Of a stretch of 64,000 nt of DNA, positions 45,379 through 58,182 are shown piece by piece (within the stretch, counting starts at the first letter, position 1; every line of letters starts with the position of its first letter). The DNA lies in assembly GCA_963727525.1 (NCBI GenBank), contig CAVSGO010000007.1:2048001-2112000 (forward strand), written 5' to 3'. The notes beneath the pieces are model-generated. The model saw nothing but the letters and a program-made list of their open reading frames with translations, searched no databases and was not told the origin of the DNA. The position numbers were made by a program, and so were the translations under genes. Source of the DNA: an uncultured bacterium (GTDB taxonomy: Bacteria; Krumholzibacteriota; Krumholzibacteriia; LZORAL124-64-63).

Positions 45379-46242
45379 ATGTCTGCAAGGGCTCGACGCC
45401 ACGACCGGTGCCTCCTCGTGATTCCCGTGCTGCTGCTTGCGTTCACCGCCGCCGCCCAGAACCCGCAATCCGGTCAGGCGTCGGCCGACCGGGCAGAACC
45501 CTTGCCCAGCGAGCTGCAAGGCGTGGGCATCGCCGAACACCTCGGCGCCCAGGTACCCCTCGACCTCGTCTTCCATGACGAGACTGGCCGCGAGGTCCGC
45601 CTCGGCGACTACCTCGACGGCACCCGTCCCGTGGTGCTCAACCTGCTCTACTTCAGCTGCCCGATGCTGTGCGGCCTGGTCGACAATGGCCTCACCGACG
45701 CCATGAAAGGCATGACCCAGTCAGTGGGTAGCGAGTTCAACGTGCTGTCGGTGAGTATCGACCCGCGCGACACTCCCACGGTGGCCGAGGCCAAGCGCGG
45801 GCACTACCTCAGCGAGTACGGGCGCCCGGGCGCCGAGGCGGGGTGGCACTGGCTCACCGGCGAGAAGGACGCCATCAAGGCGCTCTGCGACACGGTCGGC
45901 TTCGGCTTCAAGTGGAACGAGGAGCGGCAGGAATTCGCCCATGCGGCCGCCCTCGTCATCCTGACGCCCACCGGCAAGGTGAGCCGGTATCTCTACGGCG
46001 TGATCTACCCCCCGCGCACGTTGCAGCTCTCCCTCGTCGAGGCTGCCGACGGCAAGACCGCCGACACCCTGGACAAGGTGCTTCTCTTCTGCTTCCACTA
46101 CGACGCCAGCAAGGGCAAGTACGGGCCGGCGGCCGCCAACCTCATGAAGGCGGGTGGCGCCATCACGGTCCTCGTGCTTGGCGCGGGCATCTTCTGGCTG
46201 CGGCGACGGGAGCAGAAGCCCACGGGAGCCCCGACTGCCTAG
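45379..46242 (+). CDS. SCO/SenC family copper chaperone
   Basis: CPMLC, SVSIDP, WHWLTG, FAH, RYLYG, LFCFHYD. Confidence 0.93.
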   Translation: MSARARRHDRCLLVIPVLLLAFTAAAQNPQSGQASADRAEPLPSELQGVGIAEHLGAQVPLDLVFHDETGREVRLGDYLDGTRPVVLNLLYFSCPMLCGLVDNGLTDAMKGMTQSVGSEFNVLSVSIDPRDTPTVAEAKRGHYLSEYGRPGAEAGWHWLTGEKDAIKALCDTVGFGFKWNEERQEFAHAAALVILTPTGKVSRYLYGVIYPPRTLQLSLVEAADGKTADTLDKVLLFCFHYDASKGKYGPAAANLMKAGGAITVLVLGAGIFWLRRREQKPTGAPTA

Positions 46243-46430
46243 GCGCGACAGAATTCCTCCGCCTTTTGTATTGCATTTCCGAGGGATTGAATAGATATTG
46301 AGAGCCGAAATCCGGTGGCTCTCACAGCCTCGGAAGACCCCCGGCGCCACGGCGCCTTGCCGCCCGAGCGATGTCGGGTCCAGCCGGGAATCCGGGTCCA
46401 GCTATCGCCAAGACAAGGAGATGCACGACC

Positions 46431-47537
46431 TTGAACCTTCTTGCCGCGGCCACATCGTGTGGTCCGTTCCTGGCCATGGTGCGCCCGTTGCTGGCCCAGA
46501 CATCCGGCTCTTTCTGGATGCCGACCGAGGCATCCAGCACCGCCGCAGCGGTGGATTCGGTCTTCTACTACGTCTACTGGATCTCGGTCTTCTTCTTCGC
46601 GCTCATCGTCGGCCTCATGGTGTGGTTCGTCATCCGCTACCGCCGGCGCCGGACCGATGACGTGGCGGAGCCCTCGGCCCACCACAACCTGCCCCTGGAG
46701 ATCACCTGGACGGTGGTCCCGGTGATCATCACGGCGTCGATCTTCCTGCTCGGTTTCAAGGGTTACATGAACATGGTGACGCCGCCGGGTAACGCGTACG
46801 AGATCCAGGTCACAGGGCAGAAATGGAAGTGGTTCTTCACCTACCCCAACGGCTACGTGGCGAGCGAGTTGCACGTGCCGGTGGACCGGCCGGTCAAGCT
46901 GGTGATGACCAGCGAGGACGTCATCCACTCTCTCTTCATTCCTGCGTTCCGCGTGAAGAACGACGTCGTCCCCGGCCGCTACAGCAAGGTCTGGTTCAAG
47001 GCCACCGAGGTGGGCCAGTTCCCTCTCGTCTGCACCGAATATTGCGGCACCGGACATTCCGATATGCACACCACCGTGACGGTGCACGAACCCGGCGGTT
47101 TCGAACTGTGGCTCGACAAGGAGAGCAACCTGCTCAACACCATGCCCCCGGCCGAAGCCGGCGAGATGCTGGTCAAGAAGAAGGGCTGCCTGCAATGTCA
47201 TAGCGTCAACGGCTCGCCCCTGGTGGGACCGTCGTTCAAGGACGTGTTCGGCCACGAGGTGACGACCCGCGACGGCAAGAAGATCCTGGCCGACGAGGAC
47301 TACATCCGCCAGTCGATCCTCGAACCGCTGGCGGAGGTGGTCGCAGGCTTCGAGCCCGTGATGCCCACGTTCTCCGGCAAGGTGAAAGACAAGGAAATCT
47401 CCGCCATCATCGCTTACCTGAAGACCCTGTCCGATAAGGGGGGCGTGGCCGATTCCACCGGCACCGACGTGGGCGGCGCGACCGGTGATGCCGATACGCC
47501 CGCGACGGCGGGCGCAGCGTCACGAAAGGACGGTTAG
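46431..47537 (+). CDS. coxB: Cytochrome c oxidase subunit II with fused cytochrome c (caa3)
   Basis: LEITWT, DVIHS, CTEYCGTGHSDM (CuA), CLQCH; start uncertain (TTG 46431 after AAGGAG, or ATG 46476). Confidence 0.95.
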   Translation: MNLLAAATSCGPFLAMVRPLLAQTSGSFWMPTEASSTAAAVDSVFYYVYWISVFFFALIVGLMVWFVIRYRRRRTDDVAEPSAHHNLPLEITWTVVPVIITASIFLLGFKGYMNMVTPPGNAYEIQVTGQKWKWFFTYPNGYVASELHVPVDRPVKLVMTSEDVIHSLFIPAFRVKNDVVPGRYSKVWFKATEVGQFPLVCTEYCGTGHSDMHTTVTVHEPGGFELWLDKESNLLNTMPPAEAGEMLVKKKGCLQCHSVNGSPLVGPSFKDVFGHEVTTRDGKKILADEDYIRQSILEPLAEVVAGFEPVMPTFSGKVKDKEISAIIAYLKTLSDKGGVADSTGTDVGGATGDADTPATAGAASRKDG

Positions 47538-49219
<1,682 letters not shown>

Positions 49220-49223
<4 letters not shown>

Positions 49224-50074
49224 GCAGCGCCGCCGCCGACCACACCAGCGGGCACGAGGGGCACGGCACCCTCGCCCACCACTTCGACACGCCGGCCCAG
49301 CAATACGATTCTGCCAAGCTGGGGATGTGGCTGTTCCTCGTGACGGAGATTCTGCTCTTCGGCGGTCTCTTCTGCGCCTACGCGGTGTATCGCTCGAATC
49401 ACCCGGAGATCTTCCTCTACGCGCATACGCTGCTCGACCGCAATCTGGGTGCGCTCAACACCATGGTGCTGCTATTCTCGTCGTTCACCATGGCCTGGGG
49501 CGTCCGCGCCGCCATGCTCGGTCAGCGGCGGTTGCTGCCGGTGTTGCTCATCATCACGCTGCTCTGCGGTTGCGGCTTTCTCAGCATCAAGGGCATCGAG
49601 TATCACCACAAGTGGAAGCACGGCCTGCTCTGGGGCAAGCGCTTCGACTACACCCAGCTCCGCGAACATGCCGGCGGCGAGGGCGCGGAGGCGCCCGACA
49701 GCGCCACCATCGTCGCCCAGGAAAAGGCCGATGCGGTGACCGACGTGGCCACTCCCGGCGCCGCGGATGCGGGTATGGGCCACCAGGTCATGCAGGAGCT
49801 CGATCGCGCGGCCGAGGTGTCGGCGGCCCATGGGCACGTGACGGACATTCCGCGCAACGTGCACATCTTCTTCAGTATCTACTTCATCATGACCGGCCTG
49901 CACGGCCTGCACGTGATCGCCGGTATGATCGTGATCGGCTGGCTGCTGGTGCGATCGCTACGGGGCGATTTCGGCTCGCGCAACTACGTGGCCGTGGATC
50001 TCGGTGGACTGTACTGGCACCTCGTCGACATTATCTGGATCTTCCTCTTCCCCCTGCTCTATCTCATCCACTGA
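49220..50074 (+). CDS. coxC: Cytochrome c oxidase subunit III
   Basis: [57 protein letters not shown]. Confidence 0.95.
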
Positions 50075-50085
50075 GGGAGGCACGC

Positions 50086-50478
50086 ATGAGTCACGACCAA
50101 CCGACCCGCCCCCGTCCCGAGGACACCGGTACGGTCTTCGACGAACCCGGCGGCGGCCTCGTGCTCGCGCACCCGCTCCCGTTGTGGCTGCTCGCCACCG
50201 TGTTCCTCACACTCATCGGGTTGACGATCCTCACGGTGAGCGTCACGCACTTCGAACTCGGCAGCGCCAACATCTGGGTGGCGCTCTTGATTGCCGGAAT
50301 CAAGGGCACGCTCGTGGCGGAGATCTTCATGCACCTGCACTGGGACCGTCCGTTCCATCGCGTGATGCTGATCTCGGCCATCGCATTCGTCGTGCTCTTC
50401 ATCGGCATTGCGTTGATGGATTCTCACGCTTATCAGCCCAACCTCATCCAAGGATACGCTCCCTCCATCTCCCAGTGA
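50086..50478 (+). CDS. Cytochrome c oxidase subunit IV
   Basis: LTILTV, IAGIKGTLV..FMHL; GGGAGG RBS. Confidence 0.9.
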   Translation: MSHDQPTRPRPEDTGTVFDEPGGGLVLAHPLPLWLLATVFLTLIGLTILTVSVTHFELGSANIWVALLIAGIKGTLVAEIFMHLHWDRPFHRVMLISAIAFVVLFIGIALMDSHAYQPNLIQGYAPSISQ

Positions 50479-50544
50479 GCGCGCGGCCGAACTCGCGTGG
50501 CGGCCCCGCCAGGTGCCCGGCCATCGCGTAGGCAGCGGGCATGA

Positions 50545-50606
50545 TCCCGCTCGGGAAAAGACGTTGCAATATGTTCTCGATATCGTTCTAATTGTCCCGA
50601 CCGGGA
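50545..50606 (+). promoter_or_regulatory. Promoter with two palindromic operators upstream of the HTH gene
   Basis: TCCCGCTCGGGA (50545-50556) and TCCCGACCGGGA (50595-50606) flank TTGCAA-N17-TCTAAT (50564-50592). Confidence 0.7.
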
Positions 50607-50626
50607 ACAACTCGGGGAGGTAAAGC

Positions 50627-50872
50627 ATGACTGCTCGGATCATTTCACTGGGGCAAGTACTGAGAACAGCCGCCGATATCGGCGAGGCTGTGCGGGACGC
50701 GCGTCACCGCCAGGGCGTGACGCAGACCGAACTCGCGCGCCGCAGCGGCGTGGGTCTGCGTTTCGTGAGCGAGCTGGAGAACGGGAAGCCCACGATCCAG
50801 CTCGAGCGCACCTTGCGCGTGGTGGCGGCCGTCGACCTCGTCGTGCGCGTGCACGGCCGCTCGGTTCGGTGA
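50627..50872 (+). CDS. XRE-family HTH regulator (HipB/y4mF-like)
   Basis: IGEAVRDAR..GVTQTELA..SGVGLRFVSELENGKPT; GGGAGG RBS. Confidence 0.9.
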   Translation: MTARIISLGQVLRTAADIGEAVRDARHRQGVTQTELARRSGVGLRFVSELENGKPTIQLERTLRVVAAVDLVVRVHGRSVR

Positions 50873-50883
50873 GCGGCGCGGCG

Positions 50884-51876
50884 TCAAACCCGGGCGACCT
50901 CGATGACGGCGGCGCCCTCGAAACGGCCATGGCGCAGGTCGTCGAGAGCGCGGTCGGTCTCAACCAGCGGATAGGGATGGACGACGGTCCGGATACCGAT
51001 CCGCGCCGCGAGCGGCAGGAACTCCTGCCCATCGTGCAAGGTGAGATTCGCCACCGAGACGATCCGGCGCTCGTGCCAGAGATCGGCATAGGGAAACGAC
51101 GGGATGTCGCTCATGTGGATGCCGGCGCACACCACGCGCCCCCCGCGATCCACGGCACGTAGCGCCGCCGGCACCAGCGCGCCCACCGGGGCGAAGATGA
51201 TGGCCGCGTCGAGCGGCACCGGCGCCGGTTCGTCGCTCGGCCCTGCCCACACCGCGCCGAGTTCCCGCGCGAACCGCTGCCCCCGTACATCGCCCCTTCG
51301 CGTGAATGCGTAGACCTCCCGCCCCTGATGGCGTGCCAGTTGCACGAGGATGTGCGCCGAGGCACCGAACCCGTAGAAACCGAGGCGATGAGCATCGCCA
51401 CAGAACCGGTAGCTGCGGTAGCCGATGAGGCCGGCGCACAGCAACGGGGCGGCCTGGAGATCGGGATAACTCGGGGGCAGGGGCAGGCAGAAACGCGCGT
51501 CGGCCACGCAGTACTCGGCGAAACCACCGTTGCGCTGGTAGCCGGTATAGACCGCGTCGCCGCAGAGATTCTCCCGATCCGAGACACAGAACCGGCACGT
51601 GCCGCAGGCCCCGCCCAGCCAGGGGATGCCCACCCGGTCGCCGCAGGCGAGACCTTCGGTGCCCGGACCGAGGCCTGCCACGGAGCCGACGATCTGGTGC
51701 CCCGGCACCAGCGGCAGCTGCGGTTCGGTGAGATCACCGTCGACCACGTGCAGGTCGGTCCGGCAGACCCCGCAAACGTGCACCGCCACCAGCACCTCGC
51801 CCGGACCCGGCGTGGGCACGGGGAGATCCTCGAGGGCGAGCTTGCCGCCGGGATGGCGCAGAACCTGAGCACGCAT
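50884..51876 (-). CDS. Zinc-dependent alcohol dehydrogenase family protein
   Basis: [42 protein letters not shown]. Confidence 0.94.
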   Translation of the reverse strand: MRAQVLRHPGGKLALEDLPVPTPGPGEVLVAVHVCGVCRTDLHVVDGDLTEPQLPLVPGHQIVGSVAGLGPGTEGLACGDRVGIPWLGGACGTCRFCVSDRENLCGDAVYTGYQRNGGFAEYCVADARFCLPLPPSYPDLQAAPLLCAGLIGYRSYRFCGDAHRLGFYGFGASAHILVQLARHQGREVYAFTRRGDVRGQRFARELGAVWAGPSDEPAPVPLDAAIIFAPVGALVPAALRAVDRGGRVVCAGIHMSDIPSFPYADLWHERRIVSVANLTLHDGQEFLPLAARIGIRTVVHPYPLVETDRALDDLRHGRFEGAAVIEVARV

Positions 51877-52013
51877 CGATCACCTCGCTCGCGATGAGCC
51901 AGCACCATCGCCGTCGGCGGGGCCTCCACAACGGGGAAGCGACGGCGCGAACCCACCCCTATCATGACAGACGTTTGCTGGCCGCGCCACCGGTCACCCA
52001 GGGAGTTCCAGCC

Positions 52014-52952
52014 GTGCCTCGCCACAACCAGTCCGCCGCCCGCTGCGCGGGCCTCATCAAGCGCTTTCCCGACGTCGTGGCCGTCGCGGGCATCGATCTG
52101 ACGATCGCGCGCGGCGAGTGCTTCGGCCTGCTCGGTCCCAACGGCGCCGGCAAGACCACGACGATCGAGATCCTCGAGGGGCTCACGCGCGCCGACACCG
52201 GCGAGGTCGAGGTGCTGGGTTGCCGGTGGGGCACCGCGGGCGACCGGGCGCTTCGCCAGCGCATCGGCGTCCAGCTCCAGGAGACGCTGCTGGCCGAGAA
52301 GCTCACGGTGACCGAGACGCTGCGCCTTTTCCGGAGCTTCTATGACACGGGCCGCGCGGTCGACGAGGTGATCGCCCTCGCCGGCCTGCGCGAGAAGCAT
52401 GCCGCCCGCGTCGGCAAGCTATCCGGCGGCCAGAAACAACGCCTCGCCCTGGCATGCGCCCTGGTGAGCGATCCGGAGCTGCTCTTCCTCGACGAGCCCA
52501 CCACGGGCCTCGACCCGCAGGCACGACTCGCGGTCTGGGAACTGGTGCACGCGTTCCGTGCGCGCGGCGGCACGGCCGTTCTCACGACGCACTCCATGGA
52601 GGAAGCGACCCGCCTCTGCGACCGCGTCGCCATCATGGACCATGGCCGCATCATCGCCCTGGGTACGCCCGACGCGCTGATCGCCTCGCTGGGCGCGAGT
52701 CAGGTGGTCGAGTTCGATACGCCAGCCCCGCTGGCGGAAGACGTGCTGCAGGCGCTGCCCGGCGTGCGCGGCTGCGGCGCCCAGCATGGTCACCAGGTCC
52801 TCCATGTCGACCGCATGGGCGACGCGCTGCCCGCCCTGCTGCAAGCCCTGCGAGAACGTGGACTCCCCCTCGATGGGTTGCAGACCCGTCAGGCTACGCT
52901 CGAGGACGTCTTCATCCATCTCACGGGACGGGCGCTGCGCGATGAGCACTGA
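52014..52952 (+). CDS. ABC-2 type exporter ATP-binding protein
   Basis: GPNGAGKTT, LSGGQKQR, LFLDEPTTGLDP, TLEDVFIHLTG. Confidence 0.94.
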   Translation: MPRHNQSAARCAGLIKRFPDVVAVAGIDLTIARGECFGLLGPNGAGKTTTIEILEGLTRADTGEVEVLGCRWGTAGDRALRQRIGVQLQETLLAEKLTVTETLRLFRSFYDTGRAVDEVIALAGLREKHAARVGKLSGGQKQRLALACALVSDPELLFLDEPTTGLDPQARLAVWELVHAFRARGGTAVLTTHSMEEATRLCDRVAIMDHGRIIALGTPDALIASLGASQVVEFDTPAPLAEDVLQALPGVRGCGAQHGHQVLHVDRMGDALPALLQALRERGLPLDGLQTRQATLEDVFIHLTGRALRDEH

Positions 52953-54005
52953 GCGGACCGGCAGTCATCAGCGCCCCCTCCTCGAGCTCACACGGGCAAG
53001 GATCCTCGAGTTCGTACGTGAACCGGAAGCCATGTTCTGGGTCTTCGTCTTTCCCGTCCTGCTGGCCTTCGCCCTCGGCATCGCCTTCCGCAGCGAGCCG
53101 ACCGACCGCCCCGCGGTAGGCGTGATCAGCGGCGATGCCCCCGCCGCGGTCGCCCTCGCCGATTCGCTGCGGCACGATACCCGCCTCGACGTGCAGATTC
53201 TCGACGCAGCCGCCGCCGCCAGGGCGCTGCGCAAGGGACGCCTGAACGCCGTCGCCGAACTCACGGCGGCCGGCGACTCGGTGGTCTACCGCTACGACGC
53301 CACGCGGGCCGAGGGGCAGGCCGCCCGCCTCGCCCTCGACGACGCGGTGCAACGGGCCCGCGGCCGTCGCGACATCGTGGCCTCGACGAAACCGAACCGC
53401 CGCGCGGCTCTCGTTACATCGATTTCCTGATCCCCGGCCTGGTGGGATTGAACCTCATGGGCAGCGGCATGTGGGGCATTGGATTCTCCGTGGTCGTGGC
53501 ACGCACCCGCAAGTTGCTGAAGCGCCTCGCGGCCACGCCGATGCGCCGCAGCCACTACCTGGCCTCGATCGCGCTCTCGCGCCTGCTGTTCCTGGGCCTG
53601 GAAGTCGCCGCCCTCGTCGGGTTCGGCCGCCTGCTCTTCGGCGTGCGCGTGCACGGGTCGCCCGTGGCGCTCGCCCTGGTGGCCCTGCTCGGCGCCGGCA
53701 CCTTCGCCGCCCTCGGTCTCCTGGTGGCGGCCCGGCCGCAGACCGTCGAGGCGGTGAGTGGCTGGATGAACCTCGTCATGATGCCGATGTGGTTGCTCTC
53801 GGGCACGTTCTTCTCGTACGAACGGTTCCCGGCGATCGTGCTCCCGGCTATCCGCGCCCTGCCCCTCACCGCGCTCAACGACGCGATGCGCATGGTGATG
53901 AACGACGGCGCGGCGGTGTCGACCGCCTGGGCGCAACTCCTGATCCTGGCAGGCTGGGGGCTCGTGAGCTTCGTCGTGGCGGTGCGTATCTTCCGCTGGC
54001 AATAG
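52942..54005 (+). pseudogene. ABC-2 permease split by a frameshift near 53380-53410 (possibly an assembly error)
   Basis: First frame REPEAMFWVFVFP... stops at 53430; second frame reads GSRYIDFLIPGLVGLNLMGSGMWG..LSGTFFS..FRWQ. Confidence 0.85.
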
Positions 54006-54032
54006 CAGCCCGGCACCGGAGGCGAGAGCGTG

Positions 54033-56912
54033 CTAGTCCGACCCATCGAGCACGGCGCGGACTTTGGTGGCGAGCGCATTCAGCGTGAACGGCTTGTGGA
54101 TGAAGTGAATCCCCTCGTCCAGCACGCCGTGATGCACGATGGAGTTCGCCGTGTAACCCGACATGAACAGCGTCCGGATGTCAGGCCGCATCGCCTCGAT
54201 CCGCTGCCGTAGTTCCTTGCCGTTCATCTGCGGCATGACGACGTCCGTGAGCAGGAGCGCGATAGGTCCGTCGTGCGTGCTCGCGATCGTGCAGGCTTCC
54301 TCGGGCGACGTGGCACCGAGGACGGCGTAGCCGAAGCGCGCCAGCGCCGAGCGCGCCACTTCGAGGAGTAGAGATTCGTCCTCGACGATCAGCACGGTCT
54401 CGTCGCCGACCGGCGACGCCATCTCCCTGGTCTCGATATCGGGCGCGTCCGCTCCGACGTATCGTGGCAGATAGATCTTGAGCGACGTGCCCTGGTCCTT
54501 CTCGCTGTAAGTGTGGATGAAGCCGCGATTCTGCTGGACGATGCCGTAGACCATGGCCAGACCGAGGCCGGTGCCCACGCCCTCAGCTTTCGTGGTGAAG
54601 AACGGCTCGAAGATCCGCTCCGCCGTGTCGCGGTCCATGCCGCTGCCGTCGTCCGTCACCGCGAACATCACGTAGGAGCCAGGCGCGGCCACCATGTTGT
54701 GATGCCGGTAGGTCTCGTCGAGCTCGAAGTTCGCGGTCTCCACGGTGATCGTCCCCACGTTGGCGATGGCATCACGGGCGTTGACGATGAGGTTGGCCAG
54801 GATCTGATCGATCTGCGACGGATCGGCACGCAGGCGCCACAGATCGGGTGAGGGACGGAACGTCAGCGTCACGTCCTCGCCGATGAGCCGCTTCATGAGG
54901 GGGATCTGCTCGGCGATCTCCGTGTTGAGATCCAGCACCTGCGGCTCGGTGATCTGCTTGCGCGAAAACGCGAGGAGCTGGCGCGTGAGATCAGCGGACC
55001 GGCGCCCCGCGCGATGGATACCCTCGACGTACGTCCGCAACCGTGATGCAGCCGGCGTCTCCGCAAGGACCAACTCGGCGTAGCCCAGGATCACGTTGAG
55101 CATGTTGTTGAAATCGTGCGCAACGCCGCCGGCCAGACGTCCCACCGCCTCCATCTTCTGTGCCTGACGCAGTTCGCCCTCGATGCGATCGCGCTCGGTT
55201 TCGGCCAGCTTGCGCGCGGTGATGTCCACGAGCACCCCGATGAAATACGATGGCTGCCCGGCATCGTCCCGCACGATCGACCCGGTGAGATCGACCCACA
55301 CCACGGAGCCGTCCTTGCGGATGTAGCGCTTCTCCATGGTGTACGACGCCAGTTCGTTCGCCAGCAGTCGAGACGCGCGGGCCTGATCCTCCGCGAGATC
55401 ATCGGGATGGGTGACGTCGGCGAAGGTGAGCTGCAGGAGTTCCTCGCGCGTGTAACCGACGATCGCGCAGAGGCGGTCGTTCACACGCAGCCAGCGGCCG
55501 TCCAGGTCGAGATGGGCGATGCCCACCGCGGCCTGATCGAACGTGGCCTTGAACCGGGCTTCGCTCTCGCGCAGGGCGGCCTCGGCCCGCTTGCGGTCCG
55601 TGATGTTCTGCAGCGTGCCGAAGACGACTTGCCGCTGCGCGTCATACTCGGCGAGCGAGTGGATGTGCACGATGGCGCCATCGCTTGAACGCTGGATCTC
55701 GAACTCGATATCGTACGGACGGCGACCCGCAATGAGATCGGCCAGGGCCGCATCCAGCCGGGGCCGGTACCTCGGCAGAGGGATCGCCTTGGCCTCGGCG
55801 ATCGTCAGCGATTCCTTCTCGATGCCATAGATGCGTCGCGTCTCCGCCGATGCGCTCACCACATCGTGCACGAAATCGAAGGCCCAGCTCCCCAGGCCGG
55901 CAATCTGCTGCGCTCGCTCGAGCTGCACCTCGCTCGCCTGCAGGGCGGCCTTGGCCTGCTGGCGAGCGGTGATGTCGCGCGCGTTGACGACCAGGGCGGC
56001 GACATCCGGATCGTCGAGGAGGTTGGTGAGGGCGACGTCGAGCCAGCGCCAGTGGCCATCGCGATGGCGCTTGCGCATGGTGATGAGCTGCGACGAACCG
56101 GGCGCTGCCATCACGGCGGCGACCGTGGCCTCGAGCGCCGCCTGGTCGCCGCCGTGCACCAACTCTCCCAACCTGCGCCCGACGACGTACTCGCCATCGT
56201 ATCCGAGCACTCGGGTGACCGAGTCGCTCACGAACGCCACCGTCATGTCCTCACCGACGAGCGCGATGATGTCCCAGCCTCGTTCCACCATCTTGCGAAA
56301 CCGCCGCTCGCGCTCGCGCAGCGTGGCCACGGCGACGCGGCTGAGCTGGATCCGCGCCAGAAGGCGTCCCAGAATCGCCGTGCCGGCGGGCATCACCAGG
56401 AGAACCGGAAGATCGACCCGACGCGCGACTTCGCCGCGCAGCAGCGCCGGTAGGGTGAGGAAGACCAGAATCACGGCGATGTGCACCACGAGACCGAAGC
56501 CGAGCAGTTCGCGCCAGCCCAGGTCTGCGAGGCGTCCTCGCCAGCGGCGCGCCGCGATCAGGCCCAGAGCTGCCGATACCACGATCGTGCCCACACCGGT
56601 CCAGGCACCCGCGCCACCAACCGCTAGCCGCCAGGCTGCCGCGACGACGGCCGCCACCACGGTGGGCAATGTCCCGAAAAAGAGGCCCGCGAGGCTCAGG
56701 AGGACGGTCCGCGCATCGAACTGCACACCCGGTTCGAGCTGCCAGGGGATCGACATCACCGCGATGGCGACGCCCCCGAGCATGGCCCCCACCAGCACCT
56801 GTCGCGAGCCGCTGGCCCGCCGCGGCCGCAACGGCAACAGATCCCAGAGCACTCCCGCGGCGAGCAGCAGGATTGCGTTCTTGGCGAAAGTCTCCAGCAG
56901 TTCCAGCGTCAT
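54033..56912 (-). CDS. Hybrid sensor histidine kinase (5TM-LYT, three PAS, HisKA, HATPase, REC)
   Basis: [10 protein letters not shown] sensor; PAS repeats; [45 protein letters not shown]. Confidence 0.94.
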   Translation of the reverse strand: MTLELLETFAKNAILLLAAGVLWDLLPLRPRRASGSRQVLVGAMLGGVAIAVMSIPWQLEPGVQFDARTVLLSLAGLFFGTLPTVVAAVVAAAWRLAVGGAGAWTGVGTIVVSAALGLIAARRWRGRLADLGWRELLGFGLVVHIAVILVFLTLPALLRGEVARRVDLPVLLVMPAGTAILGRLLARIQLSRVAVATLRERERRFRKMVERGWDIIALVGEDMTVAFVSDSVTRVLGYDGEYVVGRRLGELVHGGDQAALEATVAAVMAAPGSSQLITMRKRHRDGHWRWLDVALTNLLDDPDVAALVVNARDITARQQAKAALQASEVQLERAQQIAGLGSWAFDFVHDVVSASAETRRIYGIEKESLTIAEAKAIPLPRYRPRLDAALADLIAGRRPYDIEFEIQRSSDGAIVHIHSLAEYDAQRQVVFGTLQNITDRKRAEAALRESEARFKATFDQAAVGIAHLDLDGRWLRVNDRLCAIVGYTREELLQLTFADVTHPDDLAEDQARASRLLANELASYTMEKRYIRKDGSVVWVDLTGSIVRDDAGQPSYFIGVLVDITARKLAETERDRIEGELRQAQKMEAVGRLAGGVAHDFNNMLNVILGYAELVLAETPAASRLRTYVEGIHRAGRRSADLTRQLLAFSRKQITEPQVLDLNTEIAEQIPLMKRLIGEDVTLTFRPSPDLWRLRADPSQIDQILANLIVNARDAIANVGTITVETANFELDETYRHHNMVAAPGSYVMFAVTDDGSGMDRDTAERIFEPFFTTKAEGVGTGLGLAMVYGIVQQNRGFIHTYSEKDQGTSLKIYLPRYVGADAPDIETREMASPVGDETVLIVEDESLLLEVARSALARFGYAVLGATSPEEACTIASTHDGPIALLLTDVVMPQMNGKELRQRIEAMRPDIRTLFMSGYTANSIVHHGVLDEGIHFIHKPFTLNALATKVRAVLDGSD

Positions 56913-57112
56913 CGGCCCTCCCGAAGCATGCCAGACCATCGGCATTTCACAATATCCGCGACAGGCGATCCTGACAACCTCCAAGCAACCAGCTATGAAA
57001 TTGGCAAATGCATAAGAAAGCGATCAGGGCCTTCCCCGAATCCTGATGTCGGGGTATGCTGGCGTTCACCGTTCGCTGCTGCTAATTGCGTGTGCACGAG
57101 GAGATTGCGGTC

Positions 57113-58177
57113 ATGTCCCACGTCTACTCACGCGGTGCCAAGCCCGCCGGTCTGGCGCCCGGCACTCTGGCCTGGGTCGGCGAGCATCGCGTCGACGATG
57201 TCGTGATCACGATCATGGACTACGACGCGGAGCACGTCACCGAACGCCGGGTCGACGCTGTCGACGATTGCGCGGGATTCCGGCAGAGCCCCACGCGCAC
57301 CTGGATCAATATCGACGGACTGCACGACACCGGCCTGCTCGCCCACATCGGAGAGCAGTACGGTCTGCACCCCCTCGTCCTCGAGGACATCCTTCACACG
57401 AGCCAGCGCCCCAAGCTCGAGGACTACGGCGACTACCTCTACATCGTCTGCCGCATGCTCACGGCCGACGCCGATTCGGTGCACATCGCGAGCGAGCAGA
57501 TCAGCCTCATCGTCGGCGACACCTTCGTGCTCTCGTTCCAGGAAAAGCCGGGCGACGTCTTCGATCCCGTGCGCGAGCGCATCCGGCATGGCAAAGGTCG
57601 CATCCGCACCGCCGGACCCGACTACCTCGCCTACGCCCTCCTCGACGCCGTCGTCGACAACTACTTCGTCCTCCTCGAGACCTACGGCGAGCGGATCGAG
57701 GACCTCGAGGCCGCGCTGCTCGAGAATCCCGACGTGGGCCTGGTACAGTCGATCCATCAGCAGAAGCGCGAGATGATCGTGGTGCGGCGCAGCGTCTGGC
57801 CACTGCGCGAGGTGGTCGCCGCCATCGATCGCGGCGAGTCGGATCTGGTCGACAGCGCCACCATCCCGTTCTTTCGCGACGTCTATGATCACGTGATCCA
57901 GGTCGCGGACATCGTCGAATCGTACCGCGACATCCTCATGGGATTGCAGGACCTCTACCTGTCGAGCATCAGCAACCGCATGAACGAGGTGATGAAGGTC
58001 CTCACGATCATCTCCACCATCTTCGTACCGCTCACCTTCGTGGTCGGGATCTACGGCATGAACTTCCGGTGGATGCCGGAGCTGGAGTGGCGCTGGGGCT
58101 ACCCGGTAGTGTGGCTGATCTCCGGTTCGATCGCGCTGGGGATGCTGATCTTCTTCCGGCGCAAGCGCTGGCTCTAG
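57113..58177 (+). CDS. corA: Magnesium/cobalt transporter CorA
   Basis: GLAPGTL, LHPLVLEDI..QRPK, NEVMKVLT, GIYGMNF..MPEL. Confidence 0.96.
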   Translation: MSHVYSRGAKPAGLAPGTLAWVGEHRVDDVVITIMDYDAEHVTERRVDAVDDCAGFRQSPTRTWINIDGLHDTGLLAHIGEQYGLHPLVLEDILHTSQRPKLEDYGDYLYIVCRMLTADADSVHIASEQISLIVGDTFVLSFQEKPGDVFDPVRERIRHGKGRIRTAGPDYLAYALLDAVVDNYFVLLETYGERIEDLEAALLENPDVGLVQSIHQQKREMIVVRRSVWPLREVVAAIDRGESDLVDSATIPFFRDVYDHVIQVADIVESYRDILMGLQDLYLSSISNRMNEVMKVLTIISTIFVPLTFVVGIYGMNFRWMPELEWRWGYPVVWLISGSIALGMLIFFRRKRWL

Positions 58178-58182
58178 CCGGG

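Noticed and set aside
56913-57112. Mg2+ (M-box) riboswitch upstream of corA
   Set aside because: No recognisable M-box sequence or terminator; looks like a divergent promoter region
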